44,680 nt of DNA from Armatimonadota bacterium (GCA_038207085.1 JBBRAE010000024.1:1-44680), one strand, 5' to 3'. Positions 1 through 8,687 are shown, counted from the first letter of the stretch. A program made the numbers and translations. Notes: generated by a model from the letters alone, not told the origin.

Positions 1-98
1 TCTCCTGTAATGTCTATTATTGACCCCGATACCGAAAAGGCGTAGCTGGTAGTCATTCTGCATTATACAAGCTCACACACAGGCCCGCCCATATATAT

Positions 99-1025
99 CT
101 AAGCCAAAAATCCGATTCGTTTCTCTTCGCGTCCGCCTACCGAGGCGGCGATCTTCGCGGCGACTCGGGCGTTGTTCTTGAGCAGCGCGATGTTCGCGTC
201 GATCGCTTTGCCACCGGAAAGCTCCTGCACTCGGGCGAGGAGCCAGGGGGTGAGCGACTGGCCGGTGATGCCTTCGCTCTTGGCGGCGGCGACGGACTGC
301 TCGATTGCGTCCGTGAGGTCGATTGAGGACTCCTCGGGGATCGGCACGCCGACGATCATCCCGCTTCGAAGGCCCAGGCCGACGCGCGTGGTGAACAGCT
401 CGGAGGCCTCTTTGGGGTCATCGAGCCTCGGGACCGAAAGGCCGGAATTGGCTGAGAAAAACGCGGGGAACTCGCCCGTGCCGTAACCGTAGACCCCGAT
501 CTGGTGGGTCTCCAGCCACTCAATGGTCGCGGGCAGGTCGAGCACGGACTTTGCACCGGAGCAGACGACCATAACCGAGGTCTTCGCCATCTCCCAGAGG
601 TCGGCTGAGATGTCCCAGCTCTCGCCTGCGCCGCGGTGGACGCCGCCGATGCCGCCGGTCGCCATAACCTGGATGCCTGAGTTTGCAGCCAGAAACGCGG
701 TCGCGGCGACCGTGGTCGCGCCGTCCTTTTTGCGAAAGACCGCCTCGGCTATCTCGCGGGTCGAAACCTTCATCACATCGCCGGACTCGGCGAACCGGGC
801 GATCTCGTCCTCGCTTAGACCGATCTTGATCTTGCCCTCGATGATCCCGATCACGGCCGGGGTGCACAATTCCTCGGCGATCTCGCGTGTCATCGCGATC
901 GCAGCCTCAGCGCCCCGTGCGCCGGGAAGCCCCTGCGCGATTACGCTCGACTCAAGCGCGACGACCGGCAGCCCGCGGCTGAGCGCTGTTTTTACTTCCT
1001 GTGATATCTCATATGGTTCTATCAT
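99..1025 (-). CDS. psuG: Pseudouridine-5'-phosphate glycosidase (IndA/PsuG family)
   Basis: Motifs PVVALESSVIAQGLP, GATTVAAT, ATGGIGGVHRGA, DISADL, CSGAKSVLD; 308 aa. Confidence 0.93.
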   Translation of the reverse strand: MIEPYEISQEVKTALSRGLPVVALESSVIAQGLPGARGAEAAIAMTREIAEELCTPAVIGIIEGKIKIGLSEDEIARFAESGDVMKVSTREIAEAVFRKKDGATTVAATAFLAANSGIQVMATGGIGGVHRGAGESWDISADLWEMAKTSVMVVCSGAKSVLDLPATIEWLETHQIGVYGYGTGEFPAFFSANSGLSVPRLDDPKEASELFTTRVGLGLRSGMIVGVPIPEESSIDLTDAIEQSVAAAKSEGITGQSLTPWLLARVQELSGGKAIDANIALLKNNARVAAKIAASVGGREEKRIGFLA

Positions 1026-1412
1026 ACACGTTTCCTTCCTTCAATAACTTCATATCGAAACTTGTTATTCCATATTGCAGCAGCCCCGGAGATTGCTCCG
1101 AGGCCAAAAATTGTACCGCGCTCACCCTTCGTGCTTCGAGAGCCTCAGGATGGCGTCAGTTTCAGGTCAGGATGGTGGTTGCCATGAAGTGATTCTCTGC
1201 TCGTAACAAAGCGTTAAGATAATGTATATCTTAGCCTCACAGGAAATAAACTCCTTCCCCCAGGCCTGATGCCAATCTTGACTTGTCGAGCCTGTTTCAG
1301 CTAATCTTACTGTGGCGCCAAACGACGCGGCGCATTTTGGACATTTTTTGGCAACTCACGGCACAAAAAGCGTGCCGCTGTTTGCAGCGTAAATGGCAAA
1401 AACCGCCATTTA

Positions 1413-1493
1413 CTAACCTGCATTATTCACGAGGAGCGTGAATAATGCTTTGCTAGCGAGAGCTTTATTCGCTTCACGAATAAAGCGGGCTAG
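1413..1493. mobile_element. MITE family A, copy 1 (75-bp core flanked by TA, two internal hairpins)
   Basis: GCATTATTCACG..CGTGAATAATGC and GCTTTATTCG..CGAATAAAGC hairpins; same element at 7646-7726, 27964-28044, 34013-34093. Confidence 0.85.
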
Positions 1494-1507
1494 GGAGAGG
1501 TAATTGG

Positions 1508-3526
1508 ATGCAGAAACTGAATGTTGAATCGGATCTTTCGCAGCTTGCTGTAAACACGATCCGCTTGCTCTGTGTGGATATGGTCGAGAAGGCCAAGTCG
1601 GGACACCCGGGAATGCCGTGTGGGGCCGCTGACTACGCATATGTGCTTTGGACCAAGTTCATGCGATACAACCCGACCGCCCCGGACTGGGCAAACCGCG
1701 ACAGGTTCATACTGTCCGCCGGGCACGGGTCTACCCTGATTTATACCATGCTTCACCTGATGGGCAACCCCGAGCTCACTATGGACGAGCTAAAGAGCTT
1801 CAGGCAGTGGGGAAGCAAGACGCCGGGGCACCCCGAGCACTGCATCGACTGCGGTATCGAGACCACAACCGGGCCGCTTGGACAGGGTTTCGCAAACGGC
1901 GTCGGAATGGCGATCGCCTCCAAGATGATGGGCGCGCGCTTCAATCAGCCCGGCTTTGACCTTATCAACAACAGGATCTTCGGCATCACAAGCGACGGCG
2001 AACTGATGGAAGGTATCAGCCACGAGGCGGCCTCCATCGCCGGACACATGGGCCTGGGTAATCTTGTATATATATATGACGATAACCAGATAACAATAGA
2101 AGGCTCGACCGACATCACCTTCAGCGAAGACGTCGAGATGCGCTTCGAGAGCTACAACTGGCACGTGCAGAAGATCGACGGGCATGACAGGACAGCGATC
2201 GAGGTCGCGATCGAGGCCGCCGTCGCCGAGACCGAACGCCCGAGCATCATCATCGCCAAGACCACCATCGGCTGCTGCGCGCCGACCAAAGCTGGCAAGC
2301 CCGAAAGCCACGGCGAGCCGCTTGGAGCCGAAGAGATCTCAGCGATGAAGACCTGCCTCAACTGGCCGACCCAGGATGCGTTCTTCGTCCCCGACGAGGT
2401 CTACGCGCTCTTCGCCGAGGTCCGAGCCGAGCAGGAAAAGGCCAACCAGCAGTGGAACGATCTGTTCGCGCGCTACAGAGCCGAGAACCCGTCGCTTGCA
2501 GAGCTCTGGGACACGATGAACTCCTGCAAGGTCCCAGCAGACATCACAGAGCAGCTTCTGGCCTGCGCCGATCTTTCAAAAGATATGGCGACCCGAGCCT
2601 CGGGCGGCGCGATTCTGCAGAAGGCCGCGGAACTCGTCCCGAGCCTCGTTGGCGGAAGCGCCGACCTTCACCCGTCGACCAAGACATGGATGAAGGCGTT
2701 CTCTGCGATCAGCAAGGACGACTACTCAGGACGCAACTTCCACTTTGGAATCCGCGAGCACGGCATGGGCTCGGTCATGAACGGGCTCGTCCTCTACGGA
2801 GGGTTTATACCGTTTGGCTCGACCTTCTTTGTCTTTGCCGACTATATGCGTCCGACGGTGCGAATCGCCGCGATCAACGGCAGCCAGTGCATATACGTCT
2901 TCACCCACGACTCGATCTTCGTCGGTGAGGACGGCCCGACCCATCAGCCGATCGAGCAACTCGCGAGCTTCCGCGCGATGCCGAACGTCACCGTGCTCCG
3001 ACCCGCAGACACCGCTGAGACCGCAGTCGCATGGGCCACAGCTCTGAAGAACACCGGCGGGCCGACGATCCTTGCGCTTTCGAGGCAGAACCTCGCAGCC
3101 GTCACCCCCGGGAACCCCGAGGCGGCCAAGGGAGTCGAGAAGGGCGCGTATATCGTCACCGAAGCGCCGAATATGAAGATCGACGTGATCCTGATCGGCA
3201 CCGGTAGCGAAGTGCAGGTAGCTCAGGGCGCGGCGAAGATCCTCGCAGAAGCCGGAATCGGCGCGAGAGTCGTTTCGATGCCCTCGATGGAGCTTTTCAA
3301 CAAGCAGAGCGAGGAATACCGCGAGACGGTGCTTCCGAGCGCTGCCACCAAGCGGGTCGCGGTCGAGGCTGGAATCACATTCGGCTGGGGCGACTACGTT
3401 GGGTGCGGCGGAATGGTGATCGGGATGGAGGGCTTTGGAGCTTCCGGGCCTGCCAAGACGCTCGCCGAGAAGTACGGCTTCACCGCCGAGTCGGTTGCCG
3501 CAAGGGTCAAGAAGTATCTTGGCTAG
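1508..3526 (+). CDS. tkt: Transketolase
   Basis: SGHPG, DRFILSAGHGS, TPGHPE, TTGPLGQG, SDGELMEG, GIREHGM, GEDGPTHQP; SD GGAGAGG upstream. Confidence 0.98.
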   Translation: MQKLNVESDLSQLAVNTIRLLCVDMVEKAKSGHPGMPCGAADYAYVLWTKFMRYNPTAPDWANRDRFILSAGHGSTLIYTMLHLMGNPELTMDELKSFRQWGSKTPGHPEHCIDCGIETTTGPLGQGFANGVGMAIASKMMGARFNQPGFDLINNRIFGITSDGELMEGISHEAASIAGHMGLGNLVYIYDDNQITIEGSTDITFSEDVEMRFESYNWHVQKIDGHDRTAIEVAIEAAVAETERPSIIIAKTTIGCCAPTKAGKPESHGEPLGAEEISAMKTCLNWPTQDAFFVPDEVYALFAEVRAEQEKANQQWNDLFARYRAENPSLAELWDTMNSCKVPADITEQLLACADLSKDMATRASGGAILQKAAELVPSLVGGSADLHPSTKTWMKAFSAISKDDYSGRNFHFGIREHGMGSVMNGLVLYGGFIPFGSTFFVFADYMRPTVRIAAINGSQCIYVFTHDSIFVGEDGPTHQPIEQLASFRAMPNVTVLRPADTAETAVAWATALKNTGGPTILALSRQNLAAVTPGNPEAAKGVEKGAYIVTEAPNMKIDVILIGTGSEVQVAQGAAKILAEAGIGARVVSMPSMELFNKQSEEYRETVLPSAATKRVAVEAGITFGWGDYVGCGGMVIGMEGFGASGPAKTLAEKYGFTAESVAARVKKYLG

Positions 3527-3544
3527 ATTGAGATGAAACACAAG

Positions 3545-3577
3545 GGCCCGAGGGCGAATTCGTTCTCGGGCCTTTTT
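3545..3577 (+). terminator. Rho-independent terminator after tkt
   Basis: GGCCCGAGGGCG-aatt-CGTTCTCGGGCC followed by TTTTT. Confidence 0.85.
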
Positions 3578-3647
3578 ACGTGATAGGCAATACAGACTCT
3601 GCTGTTTCGACTATTTGTAATGAGGGGATTTCAAGGAGGATTTCAAA

Positions 3648-4223
3648 ATGAGGATGAAGATTCTTGCCGGCGCTGCGCTGGCAGTGATTATGGCAGCCGG
3701 CGCGGCTAACTGCGCCCCGATTCTGCCATCGACAGGCCTTGCGTTTGACGCAGGGGCGTTTCGCCCGTCTGACTCAACAACCCGCGACGCGCTCGGCGAG
3801 ACATGGATCGGCGGACAGGTAAGCTACAGGCAGAAGCAGGTCGGGCCGATCTCAACCGACCTTTCGATCGGCTACTACAAAGCCGGCGGCAGATCGTTTG
3901 CCAACAGGGTGTCTGACGACACTGTCGACACCAGCGGATACGTCATCCCGATGGTCTACCGCACCAAGACAACCGTTCCGCTGACCGGTATGTACTACGG
4001 CGGCGGAGTCGGCGCATATTATGCCAACGTCGAAGGAATCGACGGCGACGGGGTGATTACCCCTGGAGCAAGCGAGAGCGGCACCAAGTTCGGATGGGAG
4101 CTTTTCGGCGGGATGAAGCTGATGGGCCCCTTGAGCGCAGAGCTCGGCTACAGAAACGTCCGTGGAGACGTGGCAGGAATGGATCTGAGCGGTTTCACGC
4201 TCACGGTGAAGGGTAAGTTCTAG
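3648..4223 (+). CDS. Small outer-membrane beta-barrel protein (OmpA/OmpW-like 8-strand)
   Basis: Signal peptide, YYGGGVGAYY strand, alternating hydrophobic strands, C-terminal Phe; SD AAGGAGG. Confidence 0.75.
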   Translation: MRMKILAGAALAVIMAAGAANCAPILPSTGLAFDAGAFRPSDSTTRDALGETWIGGQVSYRQKQVGPISTDLSIGYYKAGGRSFANRVSDDTVDTSGYVIPMVYRTKTTVPLTGMYYGGGVGAYYANVEGIDGDGVITPGASESGTKFGWELFGGMKLMGPLSAELGYRNVRGDVAGMDLSGFTLTVKGKF

Positions 4224-4244
4224 AATAACAGATGTTTCGGATTG

Positions 4245-4276
4245 TGGCCCGATGGAGAAATCCGTCGGGCCATTTT
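4245..4276. terminator. Hairpin terminator between convergent genes
   Basis: TGGCCCGATGGA-gaaa-TCCGTCGGGCCA then TTTT. Confidence 0.7.
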
Positions 4277-4277
4277 G

Positions 4278-5360
4278 CTAAGTCCACTCACAACGTTGCT
4301 TCAGCCCATTGAGATGAGTTCGCGGAAGCTTGCCATCATGCTGAAGCCTTCCAACGACGATGCCGGGAGCAACGCCTACTTCCTTCGCGAACTGCCTTAC
4401 CCTGAGTTCACTTAGCACACTGCCCACTGCAAACGGTTCATACCTGGACTTCGGAATCAGCAGATCGGCCGCAAACAGATCAGCCTCGACCTCCGTGTCT
4501 CCGTGATCATCATTTGACTCAATGAACAGCCTGCTCTTGCCGTGCAGTAAAATATGCCCCGCCTCGTGAAAGAACGTAAACCAGAGGTGGTCGTTGGTCT
4601 TGTATCTCAGACTAAGTTGAATTATCGCCTTGTGCTGAGTAGGCCACCGAGTAGCACCACACACCCTTGTGCCGGGCAACTCCGGCACAAAAGCCACCGC
4701 CACCCCCGCCTCAGCAAACATCTGAACCAGCTTTGTCGTAAAATACTTCACCGGTTCGACGGTCAATGATCTGGCGTTCTTCAGCGCAGCCTTGAACGCT
4801 TTCTTATCATAGGTAAGGCACTCAATTGACTGGGCCACAATTTCACCTCGTCGAAGCCACGCCGCCACAGCACCAGGATTGCACTCGAAGGCCTTCGAGC
4901 GTCTGAAGGCAACATGCTCCCCACGCCAGATATCCTCCCAAGCGCCCGGAGTGGCAACACCAAAGTACCGAAGCACCTCATCCAGCTGCTCCACCTTGTC
5001 CTGAAACCGCCTGATCCACCCGAGGTCGCACATGGCCTTGATTGGAACCGTCTTCAGCCATTCAACATCATTTCGCAGCCTGGCTTGCTCCTCAAGCCTT
5101 GCCAGTGACTCGCGGTAATGCCGCTCACGATTCATCCAGAAAGATGCGGGTGTGCCAAGCACTTTCTCCAGCTGCAGCGCCGTTTCCGGCGTGATCGCAG
5201 CCTTTCCTTTGATGATCTCACTGATGGTCTTGGTCGGTCTGCCGGTGCGCTCAGCGAGCTCGACTTGTGACATGTCGAGGGCCTCAATGGTCTCAAGAAG
5301 CGTCTCTCCTGGAGGGGAGACATAATCCGGTATATATCTATTCTCGATTGTGTCAACCAT
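4278..5360 (-). CDS. higA: HigA-family antitoxin: XRE HTH fused to ImmA/IrrE-type metallopeptidase
   Basis: PPGETLLE..MSQVELAERTGRP..TISEIIKGKAAITPETALQLE HTH; WFTFFHEAGH (HExxH) and EVEADLFA. Confidence 0.88.
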   Translation of the reverse strand: MVDTIENRYIPDYVSPPGETLLETIEALDMSQVELAERTGRPTKTISEIIKGKAAITPETALQLEKVLGTPASFWMNRERHYRESLARLEEQARLRNDVEWLKTVPIKAMCDLGWIRRFQDKVEQLDEVLRYFGVATPGAWEDIWRGEHVAFRRSKAFECNPGAVAAWLRRGEIVAQSIECLTYDKKAFKAALKNARSLTVEPVKYFTTKLVQMFAEAGVAVAFVPELPGTRVCGATRWPTQHKAIIQLSLRYKTNDHLWFTFFHEAGHILLHGKSRLFIESNDDHGDTEVEADLFAADLLIPKSRYEPFAVGSVLSELRVRQFAKEVGVAPGIVVGRLQHDGKLPRTHLNGLKQRCEWT

Positions 5361-5691
5361 GTGTGTCCTCTATATCTACGATCTTGACTGCAGTCACTCC
5401 AGCCCAATCAAGCCCACCTTCGGGCCTGACGGGAACCGGATCGTTCGCGACTACAAAGAGCAACCTGTAGGGATGGTCAAGATCAATCGAAAGCTGCCCT
5501 GCGCGGTCCCCTTTCAGCTCGTGGCATCGAGCTGGTGGGAGTCTGGAGATATCCTCAAGGCTATCAGCAGCCCGAAGGTCGTCGAGACGCCGTCCAAGAA
5601 GCTCCGCTTGCTTGTCACCCAACTCGCGCTGACGCAGAACTGCACTGTTGCAAAACTTCTCCAGTTTACTTGTCCTGAATATTATATCCAT
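5353..5691 (-). CDS. higB: HigB-like (RelE-family) killer toxin
   Basis: MDIIFRTSKLEK, CHELKGDRAGQLSIDLDHPYRLLF, IVDIEDTH; overlaps antitoxin start; toxin-first order. Confidence 0.88.
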   Translation of the reverse strand: MDIIFRTSKLEKFCNSAVLRQRELGDKQAELLGRRLDDLRAADSLEDISRLPPARCHELKGDRAGQLSIDLDHPYRLLFVVANDPVPVRPEGGLDWAGVTAVKIVDIEDTHG

Positions 5692-5710
5692 ATCCCACCG
5701 GCATGTAAAC

Positions 5711-5741
5711 AATATTATTAACCCTTAGGGTTAATAATATT
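5711..5741. promoter_or_regulatory. Perfect 15-bp-arm palindrome, probable HigA autoregulatory operator
   Basis: AATATTATTAACCCT-T-AGGGTTAATAATATT, 20 nt upstream of the higB ATG. Confidence 0.75.
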
Positions 5742-5815
5742 ACCTATAACCCAAGAATTGCTCTTTCACATCATCATAGCACACAACCAGCCAGGGAAGA
5801 CAAGTAGGTGGTCCA

Positions 5816-6268
5816 TTACTGGCAGACCGCGCTGATCGCGCGTGCGAGCCCCTCAGGCGTCAACGATGAGACCGACTTTCCTCCCGTCCACACCTCAAGA
5901 TGCAGGTGGGGGTCGCGCAGTTTGCGGTCTACCCAGCCGATCACCTCGCCCGCACGCACCCGACTTCCTAGCGCGATGCACTCTCTTATATGAATGTGAG
6001 CGTGTACGGTCGTCGTGCCACACCCTGCGATGTAGAGGCAGGAGAATCGGCCGCCACGGTCGGCGATTCGACTGATTTGCCCATCGTGCATCGCACGCAC
6101 CGGCTCACCCGCCGGGACGAAGATGTCGAGCGCGTCGCCTACCCCCGGGCGACTGTACCCGAGCACTACGTTGTGCCCGGGCACGTCACCCCTTCGGTGG
6201 ACGCTTCTGCCGTGAAGCGTCCGGTTGTACCTGCGGCCAAGTATTCCCCCAGATATTGGGCTTTCCAT
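5816..6268 (-). CDS. M23-family peptidase, putative endolysin (start trimmed to ATG 6268)
   Basis: LDIFVPAGEPVRAMHDG, TTVHAHI, VRAGEVIGWV, PHLHLEV (HxH); starts 1 nt after the holin stop; no signal peptide. Confidence 0.8.
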   Translation of the reverse strand: MESPISGGILGRRYNRTLHGRSVHRRGDVPGHNVVLGYSRPGVGDALDIFVPAGEPVRAMHDGQISRIADRGGRFSCLYIAGCGTTTVHAHIHIRECIALGSRVRAGEVIGWVDRKLRDPHLHLEVWTGGKSVSSLTPEGLARAISAVCQ

Positions 6269-6269
6269 A

Positions 6270-6590
6270 CTATTTCCTCTTCCAGCTCTGGTAGACGAAC
6301 TCGACCAGCAGGTTGGCAACGCTTTGGGGGACGGCAAAGCCGAACTCACGCTCCGACAGCCGCACGAGGTAGCCGACCGCCTCGACTCGCCGCTCACCGG
6401 GGGACATTTCGCCCAGGCGCGCGGCGTAGTCGATCGCGTCCCCCACTCTTTCCCGCCCGATTCGTGAAAGCCAACGCCTTGCCCACTTCGGCAGCCGCTC
6501 GCGGCTCTGCAGATAACTCAGCACAAACCCCGCGACGCCGATTGCGCACGCGAGCCAGTCGCCGTGCGACACGTTTCCTAGTTCTATCAA
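6270..6590 (-). CDS. Phage holin, LL-H-like (TTG start 6590)
   Basis: One N-terminal TM segment, then AIDYA..GERRVEA..LLVEFV pattern like LL-H holins; SD GGAGGT; directly upstream of the M23 gene. Confidence 0.65.
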   Translation of the reverse strand: MIELGNVSHGDWLACAIGVAGFVLSYLQSRERLPKWARRWLSRIGRERVGDAIDYAARLGEMSPGERRVEAVGYLVRLSEREFGFAVPQSVANLLVEFVYQSWKRK

Positions 6591-6591
6591 T

Positions 6592-6819
6592 TTATCCACC
6601 TCCAAATATGTGGGCGACAAACGCCCCGATCGCCGCTGTTGTGATGAACCCCGCAAGCCACTGCATGCTGTGCTGTCCGCGCTCAAGCACGCATATCCGC
6701 TGGCAGTGCTCGACGATCCCTGAGGGCACGTGCTTGCGGATCACTCCGATCTCCTCAAGGATCGTCTCAAGCTTGCTCTCGATCACCGCCAGGCGCTCCC
6801 CGACATCGATCTCTCTCAT
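6592..6819 (-). CDS. Small coiled-coil protein with C-terminal TM (XhlA-like lysis-cassette protein)
   Basis: ERLAVIESKLE..RICVLER then hydrophobic WLAGFITTAAIGAFVAHIF; position before the holin. Confidence 0.6.
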   Translation of the reverse strand: MREIDVGERLAVIESKLETILEEIGVIRKHVPSGIVEHCQRICVLERGQHSMQWLAGFITTAAIGAFVAHIFGGG

Positions 6820-6830
6820 AAACTCCTCCG

Positions 6831-7136
6831 TTACGCCGAGATGATCGCCGTTTTAGCCGTCGCAATCCCTTGAAACCGCTCCGTCCACACCTTGCGCACG
6901 TGGTAGGTGCGCCCATCGCGGACTATGGTGTTGTCGAGCGCGATCGGGGTGCTCTGGAGCGTGATCAGAAACAGCGCGGGCTTGGCGACGGCCATTATCT
7001 CGGTATCGTCGAGGTAGTTTCGCATGGTCCCTGAGTCCAGCATACGAAAGAACCCCTTGGCGGCGGTCGTCCCGTTCAAGAGAAACGACTCGCCGTGCTT
7101 GTTGATCTTCTTTTCGATGCGCGATAGCACACTCAT
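6831..7136 (-). CDS. Putative head-closure (stopper; gpFII/SPP1 gp16-like) protein
   Basis: ~100 aa beta-rich; NTIVRDGRTYHVRKV C-terminal pattern; follows adaptor. Confidence 0.6.
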   Translation of the reverse strand: MSVLSRIEKKINKHGESFLLNGTTAAKGFFRMLDSGTMRNYLDDTEIMAVAKPALFLITLQSTPIALDNTIVRDGRTYHVRKVWTERFQGIATAKTAIISA

Positions 7137-7139
7137 CGC

Positions 7140-7571
7140 CTAGATCACCCCCTCTGAGTTGAACGTAAGCTGGCAGTCGCGGGTGGTGCTCTGGATAGCG
7201 CTTTCGCGCATCATCGGCTGCACGCTTTTCTGGAACGCCGCGAGCCGGGTCGTCCCCTGCAGAACAAGCGACGGCCCCCGCTCTTTCATCTCGCCGACAG
7301 TCACGCCGCCGACCGAAAAATCTTCGAGGTTCCCGAACTCCCGCGCCAGCTGCTGCAGGAACTCGCCCGAGATCAGCTCCAGCACCCCAAGCTTGAGCGC
7401 CGCCTGCAGTCCGACATTTCCCGTGTCGGTGAGATAAGCGTCGACGATCGAGAACTCGACCGCGGTCTGCATCTCAGAGATGAGCGAGTCGATCATCGTG
7501 TCGTAACCCGTCTCAGAGGTAGGAATCATAGCCTTGCGCTTCACATCAGCGCGGGTGATTGTGATTGCCAT
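7140..7571 (-). CDS. Putative head-tail adaptor/connector (HK97 gp6/SPP1 gp15-like)
   Basis: ITRADVKR..YDTMIDSLI..AVE and ALKLGVLELI helical pattern; immediately downstream of MCP. Confidence 0.65.
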   Translation of the reverse strand: MAITITRADVKRKAMIPTSETGYDTMIDSLISEMQTAVEFSIVDAYLTDTGNVGLQAALKLGVLELISGEFLQQLAREFGNLEDFSVGGVTVGEMKERGPSLVLQGTTRLAAFQKSVQPMMRESAIQSTTRDCQLTFNSEGVI

Positions 7572-7593
7572 AGTTGGACTCCTTTCGTGGTGT

Positions 7594-7650
7594 TAGTGGC
7601 TAGTCGCTGGTTTGGGACTGGCGACTAGCCACTGACGACTAGCGACTAGC
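7594..7650. repeat. Inverted heptamer (CTAG-core) tandem tracts
   Basis: TAGTGGC TAGTCGC ... GCGACTA GCCACTG ACGACTA GCGACTA; arms match 33606-33618 and 34002-34014. Confidence 0.7.
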
Positions 7651-7726
7651 CCGCTTTATTCGTGAAGCGAATAAAGCTCTCGCTAGCAAAGCATTATTCA
7701 CGCTCCTCGTGAATAATGCAGGCTAT
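7646..7726. mobile_element. MITE family A, copy 2 (inverted relative to copy 1)
   Basis: 7646-7722 is the exact reverse complement of 1417-1493 (77 nt). Confidence 0.85.
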
Positions 7727-7732
7727 CCCCCA

Positions 7733-8647
7733 TTAGCCTACTTTGCTGCCAAACGCCGTCTGCCAGAGTCCGTAGCCTGCGTTGTAGCGGGCTCGGACGC
7801 CGTAGACGTACTGGTCGCGCATAAAGCCGGTCTCGCTTGTGCCCTCAAGGGCTGCGAAGTCGAGCGGCACGCGGCTCTGGAAGATCATCGGACGGACGAT
7901 CCACTTGCTTGCGAGGAGAAACCAGTCGTTTGAGTCCGTGAGATACGGGCTTACGACCAGGTCAAGCCGTCCTTTGAGCGGGTTCGCCGAGAGCTTCTGC
8001 GAGCCTGCGCCTGCGGCGACGAGCTCGGGGTAGTAGGTGGAGTTCAGCAGTTCGAGCGCCGTCCACTGGAGGTCCGGCGGGACGACGAGCACGTCCGGGA
8101 CGATGCCCAGCACCTTGCCGCGGTCGTCCTTGAACTTCATCATCGCGGTGATCGCCGTCTCAAGCGAGGTCGAGGAGAGCGCATCGGTCCCCCTGTTGCT
8201 CTGCGTGCCGGAGTCGCCCTCGGCGTGGTCGGTATCGAAGAAATACTGACCGTCGTGGCAGTTCGATGTGAACCCACCGGCGAGCAGCGAGAATACGAGC
8301 TCGTCGATATGTCTTTTCGACTCGCGAGCGAGCCCCTGAACTCTGAGCTTGATCTGGCCGTAGAGGTCGTCTTCGATCGCCGCGCGCTCCACTGCGACCG
8401 AGGCCTCCCAGGTCTTGTTCTTGATCGCATAATTGTGCTCAAGGAGCCCTGCGGGGAGCCTTTCGTCCTTGAACTCGCGCATCTTGGGCACGCTTCCAAG
8501 CCATGCGTAGGTTTCGGTGTCCTGCTCGCTCGGGACGACGGTCGAGATCTTCTCCCAATCGCCGACCGAAGCGTCATAAGCCTCGAAAAAGACCGTCTTC
8601 AGCCCGGCCTCAAGCAGTTTCGGAACGTCTGATTTTACAAGTGACAT
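7733..8647 (-). CDS. Major capsid protein, Mu gpT family (start trimmed to ATG 8647)
   Basis: ETYAWLGSVPKMRE, YAIKNKTWEASVAVERAAIEDD, DGQYFFDTDH, LVVPPDL, YGVRARYNAGYGLWQ; SD AAGGAG. Confidence 0.92.
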   Translation of the reverse strand: MSLVKSDVPKLLEAGLKTVFFEAYDASVGDWEKISTVVPSEQDTETYAWLGSVPKMREFKDERLPAGLLEHNYAIKNKTWEASVAVERAAIEDDLYGQIKLRVQGLARESKRHIDELVFSLLAGGFTSNCHDGQYFFDTDHAEGDSGTQSNRGTDALSSTSLETAITAMMKFKDDRGKVLGIVPDVLVVPPDLQWTALELLNSTYYPELVAAGAGSQKLSANPLKGRLDLVVSPYLTDSNDWFLLASKWIVRPMIFQSRVPLDFAALEGTSETGFMRDQYVYGVRARYNAGYGLWQTAFGSKVG

Positions 8648-8687
8648 AATAGATTTTCTCCTTTGGATTGTGTAGAGTAGCGGGCGA

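Noticed and set aside
1361..1377. Sigma54 promoter for psuG (minus strand CGGCACGCTTTTTGT)
   Set aside because: The -12 element is GT rather than GC, it lies >330 nt from the gene, and it is also explained as a small hairpin.
7733..8647. Encapsulin nanocompartment
   Set aside because: The shell is Mu gpT-type and comes with terminase, portal and closure genes, indicating DNA packaging rather than enzyme cargo.
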